Shown: one piece after another, positions 1-12,385 of the stretch | How the letters are laid out: every line of letters starts with the position of its first letter | Numbering within the stretch: the stretch's first letter is position 1 | Source of the DNA: Hormiphora californensis | Taxonomy: Eukaryota; Animalia; Ctenophora | Assembly (NCBI GenBank): GCA_020137815.1 | Contig: CM035359.1 | Coordinates: 2,604,001 to 2,668,000, forward strand | Direction: 5' to 3' | DNA: 64,000 bases | The notes under the pieces: generated by a model | The model's database searches: none | What the model was told of the DNA's origin: nothing | What the model saw: the letters and a program-made list of their open reading frames with translations, nothing else | Made by a program: the position numbers and the translations under genes

Positions 1-181
1 GAGAGGTGTATTATAATAGTCCAACTCCATACTGAAACACGCATAGAACACTGTTGGAGTTACATACTGAAACTTCCCCCACACGAGACAAAGAGAGGAT
101 CATGGATTACTGCAAATGGTTGTGAAGAATGGGAAATAAAACAGTACACACTATGTACAATTCTCTATTATAGAGAACCAT

Positions 182-238
182 TTGCCTGGCTAGACTGTGT
201 TTCGGGCGCCCCGTAAAGGTAGGGTTAGAACATAACAA
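182..238 (-). mobile_element. Mini (internally deleted) copy of the double-hairpin TTG...CAA element family
   Basis: Both ends match the element at 36381-36662 (ttgcctggctagactgtgtttcg... and ...agggttagaacataacaa). Flanked by agaaccat/agaaccaa, an imperfect 8-bp duplication. Confidence 0.7.
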
Positions 239-1246
239 AGAACCAACACGTGTTACTGAGATTCCGATTTGGCTGATTAAATGTCCTCGGTATCTCGGTA
301 TTTTCCTGCATCATCTTTCCTGAATGTGATTATACGTTTCCTGTTATATCTTCTTTTCTCGCTGCGCCTACACCAATCATGCATCTATTTAAAGGGGGAT
401 CTACTTATCATCTATGAATTTCAATTGGATAATTGTGGTATGGATGAAGGGCGTGATACCTTGCATTCTAATGACATGGGCGTGTGCTGATGGGAGAGAG
501 AGCTTGATTACATTGGGTCGAGCTAGAGTACGACAATCTTTATTCTCTTCTCTTAATTCTCTCTCTCACTCTCTCTTTGGCAACACCCATGACATGCAGC
601 TTGTTGCCTCGACGGGGGGCTCTTTAGTGTTAATAATGTGTACTTGTTGATACTAGACTTTTCTCTATCGAGAATTTTTAGGTACTAATTTAGGTATTTG
701 GGACTCAGCAGTAGTGTCCACTTGTCTATCGTGTCTCTCGAGCTATACATTCTTTCTGCAAGTGTCTATCTTCTATCGTTTCTCTCTCCCTATCTTTTCT
801 GCAAGTATCTCCTCTTCTTAATTAGCTCTACATTTCCTGTATCCTATAACTGGGTGTTTCGCTAGTATACACACACAGCTGGTGTAAAGTGTAGGAAACA
901 GGTGCAGTGCTGATCCTTGTATCTCGAGGCAGCTCTTCATCTCTCTCGGTATCTAACAATTCAATTCTCTGTATCTTGGATGATTGGTTTCGTTGCTGGT
1001 CAAGACTCAAGAACGTTCTCGACTTGAGACATTTGATATGTTTTCAAAACTCCAGTGGTCATGTTTTAAACAGCGGACCTGTTTAACTTGAAAACTGGTG
1101 AAACGGCTGTCTGTAATCAAATAGATCTGTGAAAGTGAAACATATATTCGAGTAGTTGGTAGTTCGGCTGGTAAAATTTACTTGAAATCAGTTCATATCT
1201 TCACTCATATAAACTAAACTAATTTCATTTTGCTGATATGATCTCA

Positions 1247-1293
1247 ATATCAAAGACTAAGACTATGTATTACATAGTCTTAGTCTTTGATAT
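1247..1293. repeat. Perfect palindrome, possibly a TIR-only mini-MITE
   Basis: atatcaaagactaagactatgta-t-tacatagtcttagtctttgatat. Confidence 0.75.
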
Positions 1294-1689
1294 ATAGTAT
1301 GTAATTACACATCATGAGGGTCCCTCCGTTTATTACTTCTACTTCCATCTCAAAAGATAGATCTGTCCTTTGACCACATGCAAGTCAATTTCTGGCAAAG
1401 TTCCAACATCTGTTGTGCTTCATCGCTCCTTCTACAATAGTTCTATAACGAGCTCAAATAATTAAAACTCGACTCTACTGTCCTTTTGTGTGTACAGTTT
1501 GCATTCTTGAAACGATTTGCATTCGATCGAAATCTAAGCGTTTGTCGAACTAAAATTCTTGCATAACTTTTAGTTTTGTTTGTGACGTTCCATCATTGTC
1601 TTTATCGCCATAACATCTCACGGCTGATCTAACACAAAGGTTCTGTCTGCTTCACACTCTATTCAATTCATCGGTTTCATTTCCTTCTA

Positions 1690-1930
1690 CAACACACAGT
1701 GAATGCATGAGCTATACGACCAGCCACATGTACACATTGTACTACCACTGTTATCAGGTTAACACGTGATATAGTTAGTACCAACATTGCACCGTAGGCA
1801 TGAATAGATTCCTTGTTCTGTTCTTCTTTTGTACCTCTGACCTCAACCTCCTTCATTCAGCTCTAAGGCTTTGAACAGTCACCATTTCCTCCACTTCACT
1901 GAGTCTGAACAAGGGCAGCTCGTCTACTTG
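1690..1930 (-). pseudogene. Decayed SWIM-type zinc-finger coding remnant, probably transposon-derived
   Basis: Minus strand reads ...NSGSTMCTCGWSYSSCIHCV (CxC-n-CxH). Surrounding frames are broken by stops and frameshifts. Confidence 0.3.
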
Positions 1931-2639
1931 TTATGAGCATTGAGCGGTTACAGCTGTTTCAATGGACTAGTATCTAGTGCTCTGCTTGTTATAAATCACC
2001 TTCTTTCACCTTCCATATCTTTCTATATTTATCTTTTTCTCTCTCACTCTCTCTTTCTTTCTCTGTCTTTCTGTTCTACCCTTTCCTCTCTCTTCCTCTC
2101 TCTCAATATCGATCTTTCATTCAGCGGCTCCATATTGAAGATTTCTAGACACGCTGTCTGACTCTGAATGCGGCATCAGTAGTTGTTTCAAGTCTTGTTA
2201 TGTTGCTTTGAAAAAACATACTACCGCATCAGTGTCATCTCATATTAATTATAGCCTCTGTTCTTTGTATAGATCTTACACAGATCCTACAAGACTTCAC
2301 AAGAGTTCACACAGTAATCTGCCCAAATGACCACATCATATTGTGTACTCGAATGCTTTTGTTAACAGTAAAGGCTGGGATACTGCATATATCGCACTCG
2401 AATGGGATAGCTATCACTTGACACTCGTTACCAGACACCAGTTTGATACAATTCACAGCTACCTGAGTCGTGACTGTTTTCCTGAACAGATCTCAAACCA
2501 CACCTCACATAGCATCTAGACTTGGCACAAAACTCACCGACCTTGTTTGAATGTTTGATAGAGACTGATGTGTCTTGTTTTCTCTCTCACACACACACAA
2601 CATATAGATCTGTGCCTTGTTTCCTCAAACAATGGCACA

Positions 2640-5270
2640 CACCAATTGTTTTCCACCCTTTTTCCCGCCCCGGCCCAAAATTTATTCCTTTTTTCTTTTC
2701 CCCTTTTGGGGTTCGAAAAAAATTTTTTCCCACTTTAATAAATTTGAAAAAAACCCAATTTAAAATTTCCCCCCTTTTTTCTTTCTATTCCCAAACTTTT
2801 TTCCCACCTTCCCCTTGGGGGGGGGGCCCTTTTTTTTTTTTTCCCTTTTAAAAAGGTTTTTAAAATTTTTCCCCTTTAAAAAATTTTTCCCTTCTACTCC
2901 AAAATTTTATTTTTTTTTTCCCCCTTTCCCCGCCTTTTTTCCTAATTCCTTTTTTCCCCCCCTTTTTTTCGACTTTTTCAGCGGCCCATTTTGTTTCTCC
3001 CCGGGGTTCTGAAGGGTTTTTTTTTTTTCAATTTTTTGCTTTGAAAAAACATCCCCCAAAACCCAAGGGTCTATTTTTTTTTTTAAATTCTTCCAAAACC
3101 CCCGTCCTTCACCTAATCCCTCCCAAAAATTTTTCTTGCTTTTTTACGTGGGGGAAATCCTTTTCCCTCAAGGGGGCTACCCAAATTTTAAAAATTTTGA
3201 TAAATTAAAACCCCGGGGGTTTTTTCCAAAGTTAAAAAAAAAAGAAGAGGAAAAACTACCCCTTTTTTGAATTTTGTGGCCCCCCTTTTTCCCCCCCTTT
3301 TTTTAAACCCCCCCCCTTTTCTTGCCCCTTTTTTCCCTAACAAGGCCCAACAATTTTTTCCCCCCCCCCCCCAAAATTTTTTTTCAAAAAACCCTAAAAA
3401 AAACCCCCTTTAGTAAATTCCTTTAAATTTTAAATTTTGGGGTTTTTTAAATTAAAGAAGATAAAACTAAACCAAAAAAAAAAAAAAATTTTTTTATATA
3501 TTATTCCAGCGCCCGGGAATTTGGGGGAAAAAAAAAAAAAATTTTTTTGGGGCTGAATTTTTTTAAAATAAAAAACTTTTTTTCTTTTTTTGGTTTGTAT
3601 TGAATTCCCAATTTTGCTGATTTTCCCTTTTTAAATTATTAATTTTAAAAACCCCCTTTTTTTGGAAATTTCCTTTTACTCAACAACAAAATTTTATTTC
3701 CTTTCATCTAAAAAGGGGGTTTTTCTTAAAATGGTTTTTTTTCCCCCCCCCCATTGGCCCCTTCTTTTCTCTAACCGGGAAAACGGTCAAGTTCCCCACA
3801 GCATTTAAAACCCCCCCCCCAAAAAAAAAGGGGGTCGCAAATACCTTTTTTTTTCCCCCCAAAAACCCCTTTTTCCTTTTTAAAAAATCAAACCATTTTT
3901 TTATTTTTTGGGGACTTTGGGACTTAGTTTTAAAAACTTTATCTTTTTTCCCCCTTTTCCCCTTTTGTGTTTTTCCCCCCTTCTTTTTTTTTTTTTCCCC
4001 CCCAAAAACCCCTTTTTTTTAAAAAAGAAAAACCCCCCCCCCGGGCCCGGGCGGGGGTGAAAATTTGAAAAATTTTAGAGAAAAAAAAGGGGAAAGAAAG
4101 TTCAAAAAACCCCCCATTTGGGAAAAAGAGGAAGAAAAGAGAGTCGGGTTAAAAACGGGGTTTTTTTTTTTGGCCCCCCCCCAAAATTTGGGAAAATCAA
4201 GGAATTCCAAATATTAAAAACCCCCCTTTATTTTTGGCCAAAAAGCCCTCTTTTGGAGGCCCCCAAAAAGGGGGCGGAGTTCCCCGGAAAAGCCAGGAAG
4301 AGAAATTGCCCGGAATTTTCCAGCGAGAAAAAAGGGAAACAGATCTTAGACAAGAAGAATTTTTTTAAAAAAGGTTTTGTCTCAAACCTTTTCTTCTTCT
4401 CCGAACTATTTTAAAAAAAATCTTTTAAATCCTTTTTAAATCTTTTCCCATTTTCATACCCCCCCCGCCCCCCCTTCCCCATCTTCCTTGTTTCCCCCTT
4501 TGCTTTCCCCCATTAAGGGTCCTTCTTTTTTTTCCCTGAATTAAAAATTTTTTCCCCAGGGGGGCCCTTTTTTTCTTTGAACCCCTTTTAAAAAAAATCT
4601 TGTTCTCCCTCCTTTTCCCCGGGGGGGCCTTTCAAAAACCTGCTCCACTTTTGTTCCCCTTCCCCCCCCCCCCTTTTCCTACTTTCCTTCTTCCCTTTTT
4701 CCTTTTCTTCTTTCCCCCTATTTTTTCGGAGTTCCCCCCTTAAAAAAAAGGGGGAAAAATCTTTTTCCCAATTTTTCCCTTTTCCCCCAAACTTTTACCA
4801 AACTTTGCCCCAAAAAAAAAAATCCAATTGGGGTTTTATTTTTTTCTTTTTGGGTTTTTTATTTTTTGGGTTTAAAAAGGGTTTTTTTTCCCTTTCTTGA
4901 AATTTTTTTGGGGGGAAAATTTTGGGAATTCCCCCCCCTTTTTTTTTGTTCCAGGGGAAGCCTTTAAAAATTTTTGGGGGGAAAAAAAAAAAAAGGGGGG
5001 GGAAAAAGGGGGAAAGGGGAAAGGGCGGGTTTTTTCTGCCCCCCCCCGGGGGGCCCCCCTACCCCTCTCTCTTCCCCCCCCGCCCCCTTTTTTTCGCCCC
5101 CCAGGGTTTTTCCACTTTTTTTTCTTTTTTTTTAGAGGGGGGTTTCCCCTTTTTTAAAATTGGAATTTTAAACCCCCCCCCCCTTTTTAAGTTAAGGGCC
5201 TCATTTCTTTTCCCCTTTTTTACCTGCTTTAACGAAAATAAAATTTTTTTCTTCATTTTCTTAAAACGTA
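2640..5270. other. Homopolymer-inflated low-quality sequence, partly a noisy copy of ~1800-2500 (probable assembly or read artefact)
   Basis: Abrupt switch to long A/C/G/T runs. Residual matches include ttcagcggc (2121 vs 2977) and ttgctttgaaaaaacat (2203 vs 3036). Confidence 0.75.
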
Positions 5271-5440
5271 ACAAGTTTCTTGATTAACTATCTGATGGAG
5301 TGCCGAGAAAAATGTGATTCGAATTCCTTGCCGCATGATTTGAAAAACTTTTCTTACTTCCGTTTGTTCTATTCGGTCTCAGGAGGAATCTCGTTTCTCT
5401 ATCTCTTGTGGTGTGCGACCACAAGTCACAAGATTCTTAA

Positions 5441-5484
<44 letters not shown>

Positions 5485-5702
5485 CTCTCTCTCCCTCTCT
5501 ATCTCTCGCTATCTCTCTCCCCTCTCTCCCCTCTTTCTTCTCTCCATTGACGTAAAGGAGGTAGATTTGTTGTACTAGCTAGTCCGTGTATTTCCTTCTG
5601 AGAGGTCGAATTGTATCTAGATCTTGGAATTGATCTTTAATTAATGTTTGATGATTTTTTAACTTGCTGGCAAGTTAATAAAGAATGAAGCAGAGATTTT
5701 TT

Positions 5703-5773
5703 CCCTGCCCGGGTGAATGCCGAAGGCATTCACCCGGATGCCTTTACTTTGTAAAAAGGCATAGCAGGGTTAG
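5703..5773. other. T-shaped three-way-junction DNA/RNA structure (outer stem plus two inner hairpins)
   Basis: ccctgc [ccgggtgaatgcc-gaa-ggcattcacccgg] [atgcctttac-ttt-gtaaaaaggcat] a gcaggg. Confidence 0.65.
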
Positions 5774-6130
5774 AATTCGAAAACGACATTTTGGTATACT
5801 AACTAATCGGTAGAGGGACATTTTTTGGTCACACTTTCGTTGCGAGGGCAACGGTGTAGCAACTAGAGCCGCGTGCACAGTGACGAGCTACTCCTTCATC
5901 AAACACCTCATTGACACAGTTTGATGGACGTGTGTGCGCGCGCCACTCAACAAACCATGAAATGCTCTGCCGCGCGTTTCGCGTGTTACATACACATTTT
6001 CATCTTGCGAGTCGAGTGTGAGATGTTAGATAAGTAGTTAAGTTGGAATGTCAAAAGCTGGTTAGCAAGTGTCATGTGATTGGGAGTTAGCTAACTCTAA
6101 GCTATGTGAGAAGTATACTGACAGCTAGAT

Positions 6131-6260
6131 CGTATGCATCTCACATTACATTATGACCAAGCCTTGATCCTGTTGGCAGTGACAATGTCACTGACATGTG
6201 AAACGGTAGGGCAGGGAAACACAGCATTATGAATACATAATGCAATAATTCTTGTTTAAC
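6131..6260 (+). repeat. Dispersed repeat, second copy at ~50253-50370
   Basis: Shared atgcatctcacatt...tgaccaagcctt...agggcagggaaaca...gcattatgaatacataatgcaataattcttgtt. Confidence 0.75.
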
Positions 6261-6441
6261 TACAATATCCCACCAGTAATATTCAGTGAAATGGAAATAT
6301 TAATTTCTTTAGACCCAACTTTTAGGCAGAAATTCCGGAATCCGGAGTATATCTATCTATGGATCACATGAAGTAGCTCATTGTTGTATCTCTCCATAGA
6401 TCAAGTAGTTCACTGTTGATGGTAGTAGTATCTTGGCAGTA

Positions 6442-9400
6442 TGTGTGTTTTTAAATGACTGAGACTGTTCAAATCGACATAGCGTCAAAAGTTGTGAATA
6501 TTTTGCTCTGAAATTTTAGGACAAGGTAGATGGCTACCTGCCATTTATTGTACTCGAATTTCAGCAAAATCGGTCGTTCCTGAATGAACCTGTAGCCCAA
6601 AAATCTCCTCTAACTTTGAGCGATCAGATCTCTGCAACCTAATGAGGTAGAGAGCTCAAACTTTCACAATATGTTCATTAGACAATTTACTAACTTTTGG
6701 CTGCTTGGTTTGGCGATATCTTTTTTAGTTCCTTCGCAGGAACACGGCAAAGTGGTGTAAGTCGGCCTAATTGGGAGCATTTTTGCACTCAGGTATCACG
6801 TATCACGTGTCTTACTGTGGGTAATCAGCCCCCAGCCATGTGTTACACCGATTCTGTAATTGGTTCTGAGTGTGGTAAAGTGTGGCGCTTCGTCAGCAGA
6901 CGTGATCATAGTGTCCGAAATCGGTCACAAGCTGAAATCCAGACAAACTTTTCTAACTCTCTTCCTTTACATTCTGCTGTCTCTCTCTCTTTCTTGTTAC
7001 AAGGTCACGTGATTAGATGTGGAACATCTCGACATGATAACAACGTTTGGTTACGAAGTCACCCCTATTATTGCATATAGGGGTGACAATACCGCTTACC
7101 TAAAAATGAGAATTTACAGGACCTTCTCATGAAAAGTTATCGAAAACTTGTATAAAACCTATCTAAAACGTATGGTGTGTGTGTGTGTGTGTGTGTTCAG
7201 TACCTCCCGTCGTTCCACCCCATGCTGAGGTTATTGATGACCCCTCAGCCGGCCCGTTACTGACCTCACTCCTTGCCAGATGACCCCCACACGCAGGGTC
7301 ACTGTCGGTATGATTCCACTTAGATTCCACTGGTTTCCCAGCAGTCTCTTTATGGTACCGCAAAAGGAGCATGCGAGTCTGTGTCGGATTTGGCACGGAG
7401 AAATCTTTCCCCGCAGACATGTGATGGGACTTACCGTCCAATTGGTTGGTCTTTGGTTACCACTGTCACGACAACTGTGGAAGTAGGTGATTTGCCGGAT
7501 ATCATTGATTACCTATCAAGGGATTAAATGCTTATCTTTACACCAAGGGTCTTGTAGTCTAAGCTAGCTAGTAATGTATTCACAAGTACGACCCAAGGGT
7601 CCGGTCAGGCGATGTTGCCATCGCCGGGTGGCCAGGTTATAGATTAGTTGTTGTAAAACAACGTCTATGGTTGTCCCTGAGTGCATTTGACCAGTATCAG
7701 TTCACTCAAGGCTTCGCGTAATTAATGCGAGGGGTCTCAGTGTATGCGTGTTTGCTATTTGAATAAGGGTACCATTGTTTAAGTGTCCCAAACTGTAATG
7801 GGCTTTTCCCTGGCTATTACAGGGTCTTTCAGATTTGTAGGTTTGTCACTTGCCTAGTTTTGGGGTGTGCGTGTCTGAGGCTCGGTGATTTGTTGTAGGT
7901 GTGGAGATCACGCATGTGCGGAGCTTGGGATAGTTCTGTTTTAGTCTTTTTGGATCTGTCATAATGTTGTATAGGGTCTCCTTGGTGTTATTGGAACATG
8001 TTACAGTTGGTGACCAGCTTTATGAATTTCTTTAGGTCAAGAGTCGACTGTGTGGAGTAGATGTTGTGCTCGATGTTATTGTAATCTGTCTTGTGTCTTA
8101 GTTCGTCCAGGTTTGGGCAGTGGAGTAGGATATGCTCTGATGTTTCTTTCTTGTTGCAGAGTTTGCATAGGGGGCTTATTTTATTGTCCCTGTGTGCTAG
8201 AGAGCATCCTAGGTTGTTTTGGTTTGAGATTGCTAGTGTGAGGCTTCTTAGCGTGGGTTTGTTTGTTATTGTAAGTTTTGGGTAAACATTCAAGAGTTTT
8301 TGGAGGATAGTTGTGGTCCATGCATTGTAGTTTGATTTTTCTAGGTCGTTTAGGGTTAATTTATCTGTGTGTTGTTTTAGTCGGTGTAGGATTTGTGTCT
8401 TCGTAAGTGGTAGGGTGTTTGGGCAGTTTTCGCTATTGTTTGTTGCCTCTTTGGCTAGTAGATCAGCTCTTTCGTTGCCTTCGATGCCTATGTGTGATAA
8501 AACGTATGGTACTAGTTTGTATAGTAACCAGGACCTGAATTCTACAGAAAGTAACGACCGGTAGCGATTCCAGCACATGTTTAACAACAGAGGTGTGTCG
8601 CATAACTCCTTATATGGGCATAAAATTCCAATCTTGTGGAATTTATTCTGACTCGACTATAGCTTAGTTATCAATGAATCCACCTCTAATACCTTTGGAA
8701 TGGCATTTTGCACATTTCTGAAGCTTTTTGTAGCCAAATTCCAGCATCTTCATAGTTTTCCAAAAACAAAAACAGTGTTAATGGCCAAAATATCGAAAAA
8801 TTCCGGTATGTAATGGTAGCTCAGACAATTTCCTCGGTATGTTCAAAAAATTAGAGCTTTCTGTTTTGTAGTTTGGACACAGGAATTTTTTTCCCGCCGT
8901 ACAAGCGATATTATTACCCCTCCGTGAGCTAGCGCAGAGGGGGAATTTCATTACCAATAACAACGTATAGTGTCACCGATTCGCTCTCTCTATCTGCTGA
9001 GTATAACTCTCTCGTCATGACGAAGAAGATGTGACTCTCTTCCTTTCTCTCTATTTCTCTCGCTATCTCTTTCTCTCTCTCTCCCTCTCTCTTGTCATGA
9101 CGAAGCGCCACGCTCTACCACACTCAGCACCACAGCTAGTCACGTGACCTTGTCAACGATTTCAGACACTATGATCACGTCTGCTGACGAAGTGCCACAC
9201 TTAACCACACTCAGAACCAATTACAGAATTGGTGTAACACATGGCTGGGGGCTGATTACCCCCAGTAAGACACGTGATACGTGATACCTGAGTGCAAAAA
9301 TGCTCCCAATTAGGCCGACTTACACCACTTTGCCGTGTTCCTGCGAAGGAACTAAAAAAGATATCGCCAAACCAAGCAGCCAAAAGTTAGTAAATTGTCT

Positions 9401-9638
9401 AATGAACATATTGTGAAAGTTTGAGCTCTCTACCTCATTAGGTTGCAGAGATCTGATCGCTCAAAGTTAGAGGAGGTTTTTGGGCTACAGGTTCATTCAG
9501 GAACGACCGATTTTGCTGAAATTCGAGTACAATAAATGGCAGGTAGCCATCTACCTTGTCCTAAAATTTCAGAGCAAAATATTCACAACTTTTCACGCTA
9601 TGTCGATTTGAACAGTCTCAGTCATTTAAAAACACACA
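6442..9638. mobile_element. Non-autonomous DNA transposon with ~480-bp TIRs (TGTGTG...CACACA) and 3-bp GTA target duplication; carries a nested LINE
   Basis: 6442-~6925 is the near-perfect reverse complement of ~9158-9638. The mirrored ORFs 6697(+) and 9201(-) reflect this. Flanks read gta[...]gta. Confidence 0.85.
7177..8497 (-). mobile_element. 5'-truncated non-LTR retrotransposon (I-group-like: RNase H, C-terminal CCHC finger, long 3' UTR, (AC)n tail)
   Basis: SHIGIEGNERADLLAK RNase H motif and CKLCNKKETSEHILLHC finger. 13-bp TSD taaaacgtatggt at 7164-7176 and 8498-8510. (GT)n at 7175-7196. Confidence 0.85.
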
Positions 9639-9914
9639 GTAGTATCGCATGGTAGTATTGCCGTGCATGCGAGGGACATTTAGTGAGGAATGCCGTTTAA
9701 ATCATACTTCATCCCTCCACTATAATATCTACTACTTGATATACTTGTGGTGTGATAGAGGCCCTCTACCAACAATTAGGCTCATTATAGATCAATGATA
9801 GATGGGAAGTTGGTAGTATTGATAGACAGCTGTTCATCTTGCAGAGCTTAATTCTCGCTGGTGTTCCTCTCACAGACACACAATTTCTTTCACTGCTTGC
9901 AGTGCAGGTCCCAG

Positions 9915-9940
9915 AAAGAGAGAGAGAGAGAGAGAGAGGG

Positions 9941-9981
<41 letters not shown>

Positions 9982-10195
9982 GTGAGATCGAGAGGAGAGA
10001 GAGAGGAGAGCCTCTATATATCTCGCTCTTCTCTCTCTCTCTCGCTCTCTCTACTCTCGCTCTCTCTCTCTCTCGCTATCTCTCCCTCTTCTCCTTTCAT
10101 GCTCTCTCTCTCTCTCTCCTTTCCTCTCTCTCGTCTTCTCATCGCTCTCTCTCTCTCTCTCGCTCTCATCTCTCTCTCTCGCCTCTTCTCTCTCT
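9915..10195. repeat. (GA)n followed by (TC)n inverted microsatellite
   Basis: Direct reading; the same arrangement occurs at 16720-16982 and 61070-61605. Confidence 0.8.
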
Positions 10196-12327
10196 TGATG
10201 TAGCACTGTATACAATTTAGAAGCTTGACATATTCGGTACACGCTGCCGTGTAACAGACATTAGCCCATCTCTTATGATCTCAAGAATCTTACTTTGCAT
10301 CTCTCTCTCCCTCTCTGCCTCTCTTTCTCTCTATCTCTCCATCTTACTCTCCCTCTCTCACTACTATCAACTATAACGACATGGATCGGATAGCTCTTAT
10401 CAGTACACAGCCGGAAGCAATGAAGCATTCAGTTTCTTTAGCGTGCTGTTTATTATAGTTCAGTTAACCATGTTCAGTGAAACCGAAGCTGTGGGTTGGT
10501 TTTGATTTGAAATTCAAACTAATCGGTCTATAACAATTATACAGGGACACATGCTGCGTTATGTTGGCCATACTTAAACAGAAGTTATTTTCTTCGTTGA
10601 TTTACTCATTTATCTATTGCTATTGTTCATTTCTTTTATTATTTACATATTCCTTTGCGTGTCCCGCTCTCTCCCTCTCCATCACAGCAGAACACGGACC
10701 TCATGCATAGTCACTCTCAACAAGCAAACTACACAGAGTCCTCCCTCTCTCTATATGACCTTTCTCTCTCTCTCTTCCTGGTCGTTCTATCTCTCTATTT
10801 CTCTCTCTCTCTATTTCTCCTCTCTCTCTCTCTGATCCTCACTTTTCCAATGTATTCCAATGTTCCTTTCCTTTGATCTTAATGTTGTCGAGGTAGTCAC
10901 CATCTTTTTACTCGTTTGTGGTAAGTCGAAAACATTGAATAATGATCTGATACTACTTGCATATCACAGACTATGTCAAACATACTATGCTAAGATAAAA
11001 ACAGTGTTTACTGTTCAAGTTCAAACTTCCCACGATAGTGACGTCATTGTTACGTCACACGCAAAGTTCTACTTTTGGTTGTACATACATATTATTAGGA
11101 TCATGACCTCATATATTGTCATGTGGGAGGAGTGAGTTTTGAGAGATGCGTGGGTGTGGATGAACAATGAACATGTGTGTTCTCAAGCACGAATGCTGCA
11201 TGTTTTTTACCGGAACAAATATATTGCTATTCTTCCGTTTTAACCGCGGTAGTTCCTTCTCTCATCTCTGTGTCGTGTCTGGTTCATTTACTTTTCTGTG
11301 TGGTTTACTTTGATTCCTTCTCTGTTATTCTCTGTGTGGTTTAGTGTTTGCTCTGTGTGGTAAACAGTTTTTGCTTCAATTTCATGGCAAACACTTTCGT
11401 CTTTCAGTCTCAAAGCAATTTTCTCTAGAGATGGTCTGAAATGATGGTCTGTTTAAAAACTTTCAAAATCTTATCTTGAGTTAGAAACAAAGCTAATGCA
11501 TCGTTAACAACTTCCTGCAGTGCAAGTCTCCTGTCATTACATTAACCTCTATAATTCTACTAAGTTCTATAATTTATTTATAGCATGGCTCCGTGTACCT
11601 GGAGCGTGTAATTATTCCATATAAGGTGCTCTGAGAGTTTCAATCAATCTCAGCGACAAGGAGACATTATATTGTTCGAGGGTTGCTTTGTCATCATAAG
11701 TAGAGGCTCTGCCACCAATCTCGCTCCGTTCTTGTAAATACTGGTTTCTCACTTCTCCCGGTTTCTAATCGCTGTTCCAGAATCTCAAACTATCTTGTAC
11801 CTAATTGTTTTATTTCTCATATATGACTAGTTCATGTGAACTGGTTCCTGTGTATACCCCTCCCACACACACACACGGCTCCAATTCGTCTACCTCCCCC
11901 TCACACACGGCTCCAATTCGTCTACCTCACCCTCCTCTGCTGTATACTCTCTCTCTACAGTATACTCTCTCTCACACTACTCTGTGGTCATTGTGCCTGA
12001 AGGAAGAGTCAATAAGAGTATTGAATTTGAGAAGTCACACATAATGTGAGAGTGTGACATGCAGAATGCAGCTTGATATTCTCATACCTCTCTTTTTGTG
12101 AGGAAGCAACCTCTCTGTCCGCTTATAAGAGATTGACAGATAGAGAGGAAGATACACTGGGTTTTAGTTTTGTTGATCGTGATATGATCGTATCTCCGCA
12201 GATCTAGATCGTCACTCGATAGATAATTGTCCTAGCTTTTCTTGCCTAGCTCTTTTGTTTTTCACATGTTAAGGATTTACAGGAGACCTCTTTAACAAGC
12301 ATTAGAGAAGCGTGTGAGTGACATGGA

Positions 12328-12385
<58 letters not shown>

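Noticed and set aside
2640-5270. F/P/K/G-rich ORFs
   Set aside because: They are translations of homopolymer-inflated low-quality sequence.
6697-7080. Duplicated gene pair (6697+ / 9201-; likewise 32157- / 33162+)
   Set aside because: These are mirror ORFs inside transposon terminal inverted repeats with no recognisable domain.
8498-8587. N-terminus of the 199-aa RNase H ORF
   Set aside because: It lies beyond the LINE's target-site duplication, so it is host-element sequence that is in frame by chance.
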